Assembly (NCBI GenBank): GCA_041686005.1
Contig: JAWLER010000001.1
Span: 95,756-159,755, forward strand
DNA from: Anaerolineales bacterium
GTDB lineage: Bacteria; Chloroflexota; Anaerolineae; Anaerolineales; UBA11858
Direction of reading: 5' to 3'
DNA: 64,000 bases
The position numbers and the translations under genes were made by a program. The notes below the pieces were generated by a model. That model saw nothing but the letters and a program-made list of their open reading frames with translations, was not told where the DNA came from and ran no database searches. Shown in pieces: positions 1-10,710 of the stretch. Position 1 is the first letter of the stretch. Each line of letters opens with the position of its first letter.

Positions 1-882
1 CACTTGCGAGGGCTTGGAAGCGCCGGTGATCACTGTGCTGACATTGGGATTGGTCAGGCACCAGGCGAGGGCGAGTTGGGCCATGTTGCAGCCCACTTCC
101 TCCGCGACAGGCGTCAACCTCTTCACCTTCTCAATTTGCTGTTGGGCGGTTTCATTGGTGAATCGCTTCCGCAGCCATTCGTATTCTTCCAGGTTCGCCC
201 GGGAATCCTCCGGGATGCCTTCGTTGTATTTCCCGGTCAGAAGCCCGCTGGCCAGTGGGCTCCAGATGGTCGTCCCAAGCCCGATTTCAGTGTACAAACG
301 GTGGTACTCTTTTTCAACGCGTTCCCGGTGGAACATGTTGTAACGGGGTTGCTCCATCAAGGGCGGGATCAAGTGCTCCCGTCGGGCGACGGCGTAGGCT
401 TCCATGATTTCCTGGGCAGACCACATGCTGGTCCCCCAATAGAAAGCTTTCCCTTGGTCAATAATGTGATTCATAGCCCGAACGGTTTCCTCGATGGGGG
501 TGTGTTTGTCGGGGCGGTGGGCGAATAGTAAGTCGACGTAATCAAGCTGCATGCGCTCCAAAGACGCGTCCACCCCCTCGATGAGGTGTTTTCGGGACAA
601 TCCACGGTCATTAGGACCTTCCCCACCCCAGAAGATCTTGGTGGAGAGGACAAGGTCAGACCGTTTCCAGCCTGCTTTCTTGATCACCTCCCCCATGATG
701 ATTTCCGCTTCCCCGCTGTTGTATGCCTCGGCGTTGTCAAAAAAGTTGACTCCAGCCTCATAGGCGATGCTCATCAGCTCATACGCTTCATCAACCCCTA
801 TTTGGGTTCCAAAGGTGACCCATGAACCGTACGATAGTGCGGAAACTTTTAAGCCTGATTTTCCTAAAAATCGATACTCCAT
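1..882 (-). CDS. aldo/keto reductase (Kv-beta-like AKR family); 3' end runs off the left edge of the window
   Basis: Absent from the ORF track because no stop lies inside the window. My own minus-strand translation starts at ATG (complement of 880-882, GGAGG just upstream). It reads [80 protein letters not shown] and stays open to base 1. The + strand ORFs 4..528 and 14..343 are antisense shadows. Confidence 0.85.
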   Translation of the reverse strand, partial: MEYRFLGKSGLKVSALSYGSWVTFGTQIGVDEAYELMSIAYEAGVNFFDNAEAYNSGEAEIIMGEVIKKAGWKRSDLVLSTKIFWGGEGPNDRGLSRKHLIEGVDASLERMQLDYVDLLFAHRPDKHTPIEETVRAMNHIIDQGKAFYWGTSMWSAQEIMEAYAVARREHLIPPLMEQPRYNMFHRERVEKEYHRLYTEIGLGTTIWSPLASGLLTGKYNEGIPEDSRANLEEYEWLRKRFTNETAQQQIEKVKRLTPVAEEVGCNMAQLALAWCLTNPNVSTVITGASKPSQV

Positions 883-896
883 ATTAACCTCCATAT

Positions 897-1715
897 TTAT
901 GGTCTGGTCACTTCTTTTCGAATAAGTCCTTTTTGAGCTTGAGCCAGATGAGAAGGGGTTGCGGCAGCCAAGGTGACGAATGGCTTATCTCCATACTCGA
1001 GACCGGGATGGGCGGGAAATGGGTTACCTCCTTCTAAAGTGGTGATGGACCCTCCTGCTTCTTGAACGACAAGCCAGGCCCCGGCGATGTCCCAGATTTT
1101 GGGAGTTGTTTCTAAGGCGATGATGGCAGATCCCTTTGCTACGGCACACAGATGGTAAGCGGCTGCACCCAAAGAGCGCGTTTTATAAGGGATGTTTATC
1201 TGGTACTGTTTTGGGGTTCTTGAACAGTGGGCGAAAAACGATGTGGGGGCATGATGCTGTGGATCGGGTACATGACACTGATTGCCGTTAAGTTCCAAGC
1301 CCTCTCCACGCTGGGCGACATAACATTCGTCAATGATGGGGAAGTAGAGAACGGCCGACTGGGGGTGTCCTTCTTCAAAACGGGCGATGGATACACCCCA
1401 GTAGTGTAGTCCAAGGCTGAAGTTGGTCGTGCCGTCCAAGGGATCCACAACCCACACATGGGGATGCCCGTCCGGGTAGAAAGTGTCACCTTCTTCACTG
1501 AGAATCCCGTCGAGAGGATATTTCTTTTGGATGGCTTTGCGGATCAACTTATCTGCTTCTAAATCCGCTTTTGTCACCAGGGAGTGATCTGCCTTTAACC
1601 GGCCCGGAAGGCCGTCCATTTCAAAATAATTTGTTAAGAGAGCCCCCGTTTCCTTTGCCAAATCCGTGACAAACGTAAGCATTTCATTATTCATACCTAC
1701 CAGTATACCATCCAC
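897..1715 (-). CDS. inositol monophosphatase / CysQ / SuhB family phosphatase
   Basis: Motifs [12 protein letters not shown] and [15 protein letters not shown] are typical of the IMPase fold. It sits 14 nt upstream of the AKR start on the same strand. Confidence 0.9.
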   Translation of the reverse strand: MDGILVGMNNEMLTFVTDLAKETGALLTNYFEMDGLPGRLKADHSLVTKADLEADKLIRKAIQKKYPLDGILSEEGDTFYPDGHPHVWVVDPLDGTTNFSLGLHYWGVSIARFEEGHPQSAVLYFPIIDECYVAQRGEGLELNGNQCHVPDPQHHAPTSFFAHCSRTPKQYQINIPYKTRSLGAAAYHLCAVAKGSAIIALETTPKIWDIAGAWLVVQEAGGSITTLEGGNPFPAHPGLEYGDKPFVTLAAATPSHLAQAQKGLIRKEVTRP

Positions 1716-1730
1716 ATTTTTACATCGTCT

Positions 1731-2597
1731 TCAGCTGTCGAGGAGGTCCGGTTGGGATTGAACGGTTTGAAGAAACGCTTCTACGGATTCTGCGAGCGTG
1801 CATTGACCGCTCAACACCTTCTGCTCGTACTCCCGGTGCCAGCGGTTGATGAGGGGTTTGGCGGAGAGGAGTTCCTGTAGGATGATCTTAACCATCGGAC
1901 CTCCCTCCTCCATAAAATTCGTTTCATAAAAATCTTGGATAGCTCGATCGCGATCGTAATCGAACCGGCGTACGGCGATCTCTACACCCTTTGGCGTGGC
2001 CCGGATTTGCGCGTAACTTGGCCTGGTGTTGCCGTCAAATGGAAGGCCTACCGAACCGGCGTTGACGATTTTGGTCTCATCCAATGTGCGGATCAGTGGT
2101 TTGTGGGTATGTCCCACACAGAGGATATCGGGGGCGGGTTGGATCATATCTCGCAGTTTCTCTGGCGGTGTGTGCGGGTAGATTCCCGCCCGCAGGCCTG
2201 CCATGGACGCATGTACAGCCCTTAGATGTTGCCCGGTTGGGAGTTTTTCATCAATGTGACGGGGGAAGTTTTTGATTGCCTGGAGCTCCTCTCGGCTTAA
2301 CTTTTGATACGTCCAATACACAAATTGGAGGATGTCAAAACGAGGGCCCGAGCGGGGAATACCCTCTTCTTCGAATTGCAGGACATACGCTTCGTGGTTG
2401 CCAAGTATCATCTGCCAGTTTTCTTCCTGGCGTTTTTGCAGCAGGTACTGCAAACATGCTTTGGGTCGAGGTCCCCGGTTGATGGCATCACCCAGCACGA
2501 AGACAGAGTCGGGGTTCCAGCGTTTTAGTTCTTCGGATACAGATAAAAGGGCGGGAAAATTGGCATGGATATCTGCCAGGAGGGCAATTTTGATCAT
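1731..2597 (-). CDS. metallophosphoesterase (calcineurin-like, ApaH/PrpE-type)
   Basis: Carries the metallophosphoesterase motif series DIHAN .. GDAINRGP .. GNHE .. GHTH. Its start overlaps the stop of the upstream gene by 4 nt (2594-2597). Confidence 0.85.
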   Translation of the reverse strand: MIKIALLADIHANFPALLSVSEELKRWNPDSVFVLGDAINRGPRPKACLQYLLQKRQEENWQMILGNHEAYVLQFEEEGIPRSGPRFDILQFVYWTYQKLSREELQAIKNFPRHIDEKLPTGQHLRAVHASMAGLRAGIYPHTPPEKLRDMIQPAPDILCVGHTHKPLIRTLDETKIVNAGSVGLPFDGNTRPSYAQIRATPKGVEIAVRRFDYDRDRAIQDFYETNFMEEGGPMVKIILQELLSAKPLINRWHREYEQKVLSGQCTLAESVEAFLQTVQSQPDLLDS

Positions 2598-4579
2598 CCT
2601 GACTCTGATTCTACGATGAGGACATAATCATCCGTCCGCCTTTCCTGAGGAGAAACGCCGAGGATGTTGAGCAAATCATCAGCCAATTCCGCCTTTTTCT
2701 CCGCGTCTTCAAGACTCCAGGTGCGGCTCTTGACTTCCAGGAAAGTGCCCAGGTCGGGGTCGTCCAGCCGGTCCACGTTGATATAAAACTCGATGCCGTG
2801 GTAGCTGACTTTCCACCGCAAGCGATCTTTTTCGATGAAAGTCTCTCCCGTGGGTTGGAAATATTCCCTGTAGAAGCGGAGACTGTGGGTGGCAGGGGCA
2901 AGAAAACGGCTTCGTGAAAGGAGCACTTCTTGGGGGAATTTCCGTTCTCGTGTCGGCCCGATGAGCGTCAGACGGTACCGGATATCGTATACATCCCCCC
3001 GGTCGTTGATGAACTCGTCTTCGCGGTATCTCAACCAGCCTTCTTCTGAATCTTCGAACTCAAAATAGGTATCGTACTCGTGGTAGTGACGGTCGTAAAT
3101 GATCTCCAGATCGGAGTCCTTCAACGCCTGGACGATGGTTTGGGGATCGTCCACTTTGACCTTGGCTTGCACTTCGTAGCTTTCCTGCTCCACAGCGCCT
3201 CCGATGGCGATCAATTTCGAATAAACGGATTGTTCGCGTTTTGAGACGAATTGATCGATGTGGTCAGCGATTTTTTGTGCCTCGGGAAGGAGCTCTTCGA
3301 CGTCAAGGGTCAACAATTCCCGGGAGCGCATGAGCCACTTGCCGTTGACCATCACATCCTGGACGTCCGTTGACTTCGCCGCATATACCAGTTGGGCGTA
3401 TACCCCATCAGGGTCATTGTGGAAGTGAGGGGAATTATGCAGGGTTGAGATGTCAACCGTGATCAGGTCCGCTTTCTTGCCTGGCGTCAACGAGCCGGTC
3501 TGATCTGCGATGTGGATCGCCTCGGCGCCCATCCTGGTCGCCATAGCAAGAGCCGTTTTGGCAGGGATGGTCGTCGGGTCCCCTGTGCTTCCCTTCGCGA
3601 GCAGGGCTGTCAAGCGCATTTCTTCAAACATGTCCAGGTCATTGTTGGAGGAAACCCCGTCTGTGCCGATGCCGACGTTCAGTCCTATGTCCAGCATGGC
3701 CGGAACGGGGGCAATGCCGGAGCCGAGTTTCAGGTTTGAAGTGGGATTGTGGGCGATGCCCACATTGTGGTGATGCAGGGTATGCATCTCGCTTTCATCG
3801 ATGTGGACGCAATGAGCGGCAATCGTTTTCGCTGAAAATATGCCTTGGGTTTCAAGGTAGTGCACGACCCGCATCTCGTAATTTTTGATGCATTCTTCGA
3901 CTTCATTGCTTGTTTCCGCGATGTGAATGTGGAGAGGTACATCATAGGATAAAGCCAGCTCTGTGGCGGAGGTTAAAATATCTTCTGTGGAGGTGTAGGC
4001 AGCATGGGGGGCGACAGCAGGGGTGATCAGCGGATGTCCCTTCCATTTTTTGATCAAGTCTTCTGAAGAAGCGAGGGCTTGTTCATATGTTGAGGCATCC
4101 GGGCCTTTAAATTTAAGAATGGTCTGTGAGCAGACTCCCCGCAAACCCGCCTCCGCAGTGGCTTGGGCGACCTGATCTTCAAAATAATACATATCCGCGA
4201 AGGCAGTTACCCCCGACCGGATCAATTCAGCACAGGCGAGGGTCGTCCCTAAGCGGACGAATTCCGGTGAGACAAATTCCCGCTCCACGGGCATGATATA
4301 TCCCAGCAGCCAGACATCCAGGCGGAGATCGTCTGCCAACCCTCGGAGCAAGTTCATGGCTACATGGCTGTGGGTGTTGATCAGTCCCGGCATGACCACC
4401 TTTCCCCCACAGTCGACGACCGAATCAGCTTTGAACTCGTCTTCCAGAGTCTGGCTGGAACCCACCGCGTATATGCGATCCCCCTGGATGGCAACCGCGC
4501 CATGGTCGTACTTTTTATATGCCTCGTCCAGGGTGAGGACGGTGGCATTGGTCAGTAAAAGGTCGATCTTGGTTTTCAT
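2594..4579 (-). CDS. amidohydrolase (MTA/SAH-deaminase-like, COG0402) fused to a C-terminal CYTH-like domain
   Basis: The N-terminal ~440 aa carry PGLINTHSHVAMNLLRGLADD, HIHIAET and GIGTDG amidohydrolase motifs. The C-terminal ~200 aa (about nt 2597-3190) read like a CyaB/ThTPase CYTH domain: YEVQAKVKVDD .. DTYFEF .. RYRLTLIGP .. FLEVKSR. Confidence 0.8.
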   Translation of the reverse strand: MKTKIDLLLTNATVLTLDEAYKKYDHGAVAIQGDRIYAVGSSQTLEDEFKADSVVDCGGKVVMPGLINTHSHVAMNLLRGLADDLRLDVWLLGYIMPVEREFVSPEFVRLGTTLACAELIRSGVTAFADMYYFEDQVAQATAEAGLRGVCSQTILKFKGPDASTYEQALASSEDLIKKWKGHPLITPAVAPHAAYTSTEDILTSATELALSYDVPLHIHIAETSNEVEECIKNYEMRVVHYLETQGIFSAKTIAAHCVHIDESEMHTLHHHNVGIAHNPTSNLKLGSGIAPVPAMLDIGLNVGIGTDGVSSNNDLDMFEEMRLTALLAKGSTGDPTTIPAKTALAMATRMGAEAIHIADQTGSLTPGKKADLITVDISTLHNSPHFHNDPDGVYAQLVYAAKSTDVQDVMVNGKWLMRSRELLTLDVEELLPEAQKIADHIDQFVSKREQSVYSKLIAIGGAVEQESYEVQAKVKVDDPQTIVQALKDSDLEIIYDRHYHEYDTYFEFEDSEEGWLRYREDEFINDRGDVYDIRYRLTLIGPTRERKFPQEVLLSRSRFLAPATHSLRFYREYFQPTGETFIEKDRLRWKVSYHGIEFYINVDRLDDPDLGTFLEVKSRTWSLEDAEKKAELADDLLNILGVSPQERRTDDYVLIVESESG

Positions 4580-4801
4580 TTTTCTTCCTTGATGTAATAA
4601 TGAAATATCCAGGTATTGAATGGTTTGTTAAGGTGTGATTGTATCACCGTTTTAATCCGAATCACATATTGTTGTCCTGTTTGGCCTTCAAAAATGAGAC
4701 GAGTTCCCCCTCTGTTGGGCGGTTTTTCACACCGAAAAAACCCTGAGGGAAGGGGGTAGAATGACCAAAGTATGGCAGATGTATGGTAAAATATATGTTC
4801 G

Positions 4802-5818
4802 ATGATGAGACGAGAAAACAGCATTCCGGAGCCCCCAAAAACGCTAAAATCGATACGAATCGGGTTTGATGCGATCACACAACATGTCGGATTGATTTTA
4901 TTCCCTCTCATCTTGGATTTAATCATTTGGTTTGCGCCACATGTACGGATAAAAAGACAAATTGAAGGGTTGGTCACGAGTTTTTTCTCGGTCTCCAGCC
5001 TGGATAACGCGGAGTTGAATGAACTGCTGCAAGCCAGCCGAGAGGTGTGGACGGTTTTAGCTGAAAGGTTTAACTTAGTCGTCGCCCTCCGCTCTTTCCC
5101 GGTGGGGATATTCAGTTTATTGAGCTCTTTGTTGCCCGTCAAAACCCCTTTCGGTGAGCCGGTCTTTGTGGAGGTGAAGGACCCTGGGACTGCTCTTCTG
5201 ATCGTCCTTTTTTTCCTGCTGATGGGCATGATCTTAGGGGTTTTTTATTATGCCTGCGTGAATCGAGCTGCCCTTTTTGATGAGGTTCGCTGGCAGGATA
5301 TCCTGGCCCAATGGCCGTGGTTGGTCAAGCATACGCTGCTTTTAAGTTTGATTTGGTTTGCATTATTTCTCGGCATCTCATTTCTGGGTGGTTGTTTCAT
5401 TACCGGGGTAGCATTTATCAGCACTTCGTTTGCGCAAGTGGCGTTTCTGCTCTTCAGTATGGTTTACATTTGGATGCTTTTTCCCCTCTTTTTTTCCCCT
5501 CACGGTATTTTTGTGGAAAAGAAGAAGGCCTGGCGCTCTGTGTATGAAAGCATCCGCATGACGACATTGTCCTTTTTACAGACGGGATTCTTCATCATCT
5601 TGGCGGTATTAATCACCCAGGGATTGGACGTGATCTGGCAGGTCCCTCCTGAAGATTCTTGGTTGATGTTGATCAGCATCACCGGCCATGCCTTTGTGTC
5701 AACCGGTGTTTTGGCAGCAAGTTTTGTCTTTTACCAGGATATGAACCGCTGGATCAAGGAAATCGTCCTTTGGCAGCAGCGTGAGATATCCCCTGAAAAG
5801 GGTGAGATACAGGAATGA
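4802..5818 (+). CDS. multi-pass integral membrane protein, unknown function
   Basis: 338-aa ORF with at least 6 long hydrophobic segments. It ends 48 nt upstream of gyrB on the same strand and is divergent from the amidohydrolase gene. I recognise no family motif. Confidence 0.6.
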   Translation: MMRRENSIPEPPKTLKSIRIGFDAITQHVGLILFPLILDLIIWFAPHVRIKRQIEGLVTSFFSVSSLDNAELNELLQASREVWTVLAERFNLVVALRSFPVGIFSLLSSLLPVKTPFGEPVFVEVKDPGTALLIVLFFLLMGMILGVFYYACVNRAALFDEVRWQDILAQWPWLVKHTLLLSLIWFALFLGISFLGGCFITGVAFISTSFAQVAFLLFSMVYIWMLFPLFFSPHGIFVEKKKAWRSVYESIRMTTLSFLQTGFFIILAVLITQGLDVIWQVPPEDSWLMLISITGHAFVSTGVLAASFVFYQDMNRWIKEIVLWQQREISPEKGEIQE

Positions 5819-7789
<1,971 letters not shown>

Positions 7790-7965
7790 TAAGCCTTGCA
7801 CCACGCCGATGGCGGGTACTCATGTCCGCTGGCAGGGAATGCGGGGTGCGGATGATCAAAATCTCAGACCGCGTGAAGGATAAGGACCTGCGGCCCGGGC
7901 AGGCGAGATGTTTTTTCTGCGCGGAAAACAATTGGAAGAGTTTCGGGATGCGTTGAGCTGTTGAT

Positions 7966-9078
7966 ATGTCTCTCAAACAAGGTTCTCTCCTCATAGATAG
8001 ATACCGGATCATCGAAGTCCTCGGTCAAGGGGGGATGGGCTCCATCTACCGGGCTGTAGATGAAAACCTGGGGGTTGAGGTAGCGGTCAAAGAGAATCTG
8101 TTCACTATTGAGGATTACACGCGGCAATTCAAGCGGGAAGCGGTTATCTTAGCCAGTCTGCGGCACCGGAATTTGCCTCGCGTCACGGACCACTTTTCCA
8201 TCGAAAATCAAGGGCAATACTTGATTATGGATTATGTGGAGGGGGAGGACCTTCAGGAGAGGATGGAGCGCGTTAAGGTCATCCCGGAGGAAGAGGTGAT
8301 TGTGATCGGGGCGACCATTTGTGATGCGCTTGCCTACATGCACTCCCATGATCCTGTCGTTTTGCACAGGGATATCAAACCGGGAAATGTGCGGATCACG
8401 CCCAGAGAGGAAATCTTCCTGGTGGATTTCGGGTTGGCGAAGATCATCAGGGGAGACCAGACGACCTCCACCGGCGCCAGAGCCATGACGATGGGTTTCT
8501 CCCCCCCCGAGCAGTATGGCGCTGCCCGAACGGATCCCAGAACAGATATTTACTCTTTAGGGGCGACCCTGTACACTGCCCTGACGGGGATCACGCCCGA
8601 AGACAGCCTGGCGCGGACGATGGATCAGGAGGAATTGACCCCTGTCCGAGAGCGGAATCCGAAAGTGTCCCGGCGCGTTGCCGATGCCATCGAAAAAGCC
8701 CTTGAGGTGCATCCTAATAACCGCTTTCAAATGGCTGCGGAGTTTAAAAACGAGCTGCTGAAAGCGCAGAGCGGGCGGTTTGCCTTCAGCTTTAGCATGG
8801 ATCGAACGGAAGTGTCGCATCAGGGGGACAGAAAAGAAGACCAAGAATCAGAGGCTGACCGCATTATCACCAAAGATTTGGATGAGGGGGTAAAGGAAAA
8901 GGTCGTTTCCTCTTTTCTGAAAGAGGGGAAAGATCAATCTCCATCCCGGGCGGAGCGATTCCGGGGCGGCTGCCTTTCCTTGTTGGCCCTGATCGGATTG
9001 ATCGTGGTATTGGCGCTGGCAGTGTTTTGCCTGTTATACCCTTCTTTGGCGAATCATCTGTTTGGTTTTAACTTTTAA
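7966..9078 (+). CDS. Hanks-type serine/threonine protein kinase with C-terminal transmembrane anchor
   Basis: GQGGMGSIY glycine loop, VAVK, HRDIKPGN and DFGLA motifs, with a hydrophobic tail LSLLALIGLIVVLALAVFCLL. Confidence 0.9.
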   Translation: MSLKQGSLLIDRYRIIEVLGQGGMGSIYRAVDENLGVEVAVKENLFTIEDYTRQFKREAVILASLRHRNLPRVTDHFSIENQGQYLIMDYVEGEDLQERMERVKVIPEEEVIVIGATICDALAYMHSHDPVVLHRDIKPGNVRITPREEIFLVDFGLAKIIRGDQTTSTGARAMTMGFSPPEQYGAARTDPRTDIYSLGATLYTALTGITPEDSLARTMDQEELTPVRERNPKVSRRVADAIEKALEVHPNNRFQMAAEFKNELLKAQSGRFAFSFSMDRTEVSHQGDRKEDQESEADRIITKDLDEGVKEKVVSSFLKEGKDQSPSRAERFRGGCLSLLALIGLIVVLALAVFCLLYPSLANHLFGFNF

Positions 9079-9190
9079 TCTGCAATCCCGGACACAGTGG
9101 GGGATATGATTTTACTATCTAAGCTATCGCAACGGTCGATCATTAAATCCTTTATCCACCCTGTCCACAAGAGCTATTTGTCATGAACAT

Positions 9191-9250
9191 TTAATTGTCT
9201 GACAATTGACAATTCACCCCCTTTTTGTTACACTTTTAATTGTCAGACAA
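9191..9250 (+). promoter_or_regulatory. sigma70-like promoter (TTGACA-17-TACACT) flanked and overlapped by two palindromic GntR-type operator candidates
   Basis: AATTGTC-T-GACAATT lies at 9193-9207 and AATTGTC-A-GACAA at 9238-9250, with centres 45 bp apart. TTGACA is at 9206-9211, followed by a 17-nt spacer and TACACT at 9229-9234. The first gene of the island starts at 9286. Confidence 0.6.
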
Positions 9251-9285
9251 CTCAGGATGTCCAGATTATAAACCGGGTAGGGCGA

Positions 9286-10668
9286 ATGAGCACATTATTG
9301 GTTAAAAACGCGCAAATATTGCTTACCATGGATGACCACCGTCGGGAGATCAAAGGCGGTGGTATTTTCATTAAAGACGGCTTCATCGAAGAGGTGGGTC
9401 CCAGCGCTTCGTTGCCGGATCAGGCGGATGAAGTCCTTGATGTTTCAGGGCATATCGTGCTCCCTGGACTGGTGAACACGCACCACCATTTTTATCAGAC
9501 ATTGACCAGGGTCATCCCAGATGCTCAAGATGTCAATCTCTTCCATTGGTTGAAGACGCTCTATCCCATTTGGGCCAGAATGGGACCGGAGGAAATCAGG
9601 GTGTCCACGAAGACCGCCTTGGCTGAGTTAGCTCTCTCCGGGTGCACGACAGCTTCGGATCACCTCTATCTCTTCCCCAATGGTTCTCGTTTGGATGATG
9701 AAATACAGTCAGCCCAAGAGATCGGCCTGCGATTGCACGCTTCCCGGGGCTCGATGAGTTTAGGGGAGAGCAAAGGGGGGCTTCCGCCGGACAGCGTGGT
9801 GGAGGATGAAGACGAAATCCTGCGCGATTCCCAGCGGGTGATTGAGACATACCATGATCCCGAACCGGGTTCTTTTCTGCAAATTGTGCTCGCACCCTGC
9901 TCGCCCTTCAGCGTCACAGGGGATTTGATGCGGGAAAGCGCTGCCCTGGCTCGAGAATACGGCGTCCGCTTGCATACCCATCTGGCAGAGACAGAAGATG
10001 AGATTGATTTTTGTCTGGAACAATTTGGAAAACGCCCAGTTGCTTACATGGAAGATGTGGGTTGGATGGGGCCGGATGTCTGGTTTGCCCATTCTGTGCA
10101 CATCAATGATGATGAAATGGCAGAGTATGCAAAGCACGACTGCGGCGTCGCTCACTGCCCCGGTTCAAACATGCGCCTGGCGTCCGGTGCGGCTCCCATC
10201 CTCGATATGTTGAAGGCAGGGATCCGGGTGGGCGTCGGGGTCGACGGCTCAGCCAGCAATGATAGTTCGCACATGATCGAAGAGGTCCGGCGGGCCATGC
10301 TATTGGCTCGTTTAAGAGCGGGTATGTTGGGGGCTTCTCGCTCGGGAGAGAATGGCTTGCCGATCATGTCTGCCCGCCAGGCTTTAGAGATCGGGACGCG
10401 GGGCGGCGCGGCTGTCTTAGGCCGTACGGACATCGGTGCTTTGGAGAAGGGGAAAGTGGGAGATTTCATCGCCCTGGATTTGCGGCAGTTGGGGTATGCC
10501 GGCGCGCTGCATGATCCGGTCGCAGCTGTCAATTTCTGTGCTCCGAGCGGTGTTGCCTACAACGTGGTGGGTGGGAAATTCGTCGTCAAGGAAGGCGAGT
10601 TGGTCTCTGTGGATATCAACCAACTCATTGAAACCCACAATCAATTGGCGCAGCAGCTGGTTCGCTGA
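9286..10668 (+). CDS. amidohydrolase of the guanine/8-oxoguanine/cytosine deaminase group (COG0402)
   Basis: PGLVNTHHHFYQTLTR metal-binding motif, HTHLAET, and HCPGSNMRLASG .. GVGVDGSASND. Confidence 0.85.
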   Translation: MSTLLVKNAQILLTMDDHRREIKGGGIFIKDGFIEEVGPSASLPDQADEVLDVSGHIVLPGLVNTHHHFYQTLTRVIPDAQDVNLFHWLKTLYPIWARMGPEEIRVSTKTALAELALSGCTTASDHLYLFPNGSRLDDEIQSAQEIGLRLHASRGSMSLGESKGGLPPDSVVEDEDEILRDSQRVIETYHDPEPGSFLQIVLAPCSPFSVTGDLMRESAALAREYGVRLHTHLAETEDEIDFCLEQFGKRPVAYMEDVGWMGPDVWFAHSVHINDDEMAEYAKHDCGVAHCPGSNMRLASGAAPILDMLKAGIRVGVGVDGSASNDSSHMIEEVRRAMLLARLRAGMLGASRSGENGLPIMSARQALEIGTRGGAAVLGRTDIGALEKGKVGDFIALDLRQLGYAGALHDPVAAVNFCAPSGVAYNVVGGKFVVKEGELVSVDINQLIETHNQLAQQLVR

Positions 10669-10710
10669 GCTGTTTTATAAAGCGTTTATTCAGTATCGTA
10701 CTTTTCAGGA

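Noticed and set aside
4-528. 174-aa + strand ORF (with 14..343 and 551..825) at the left edge
   Set aside because: The opposite strand over 1-882 translates into a clean aldo/keto reductase with a start codon and RBS. These + strand ORFs are antisense shadows with low-complexity G/P/R-rich composition.
4576-5229. 217-aa minus-strand ORF between the amidohydrolase gene and gyrB
   Set aside because: It overlaps the 5' third of the better-supported + strand membrane-protein ORF (4802-5818) and the divergent promoter region. Its K/R/T-rich composition carries no motif, so it is likely spurious.
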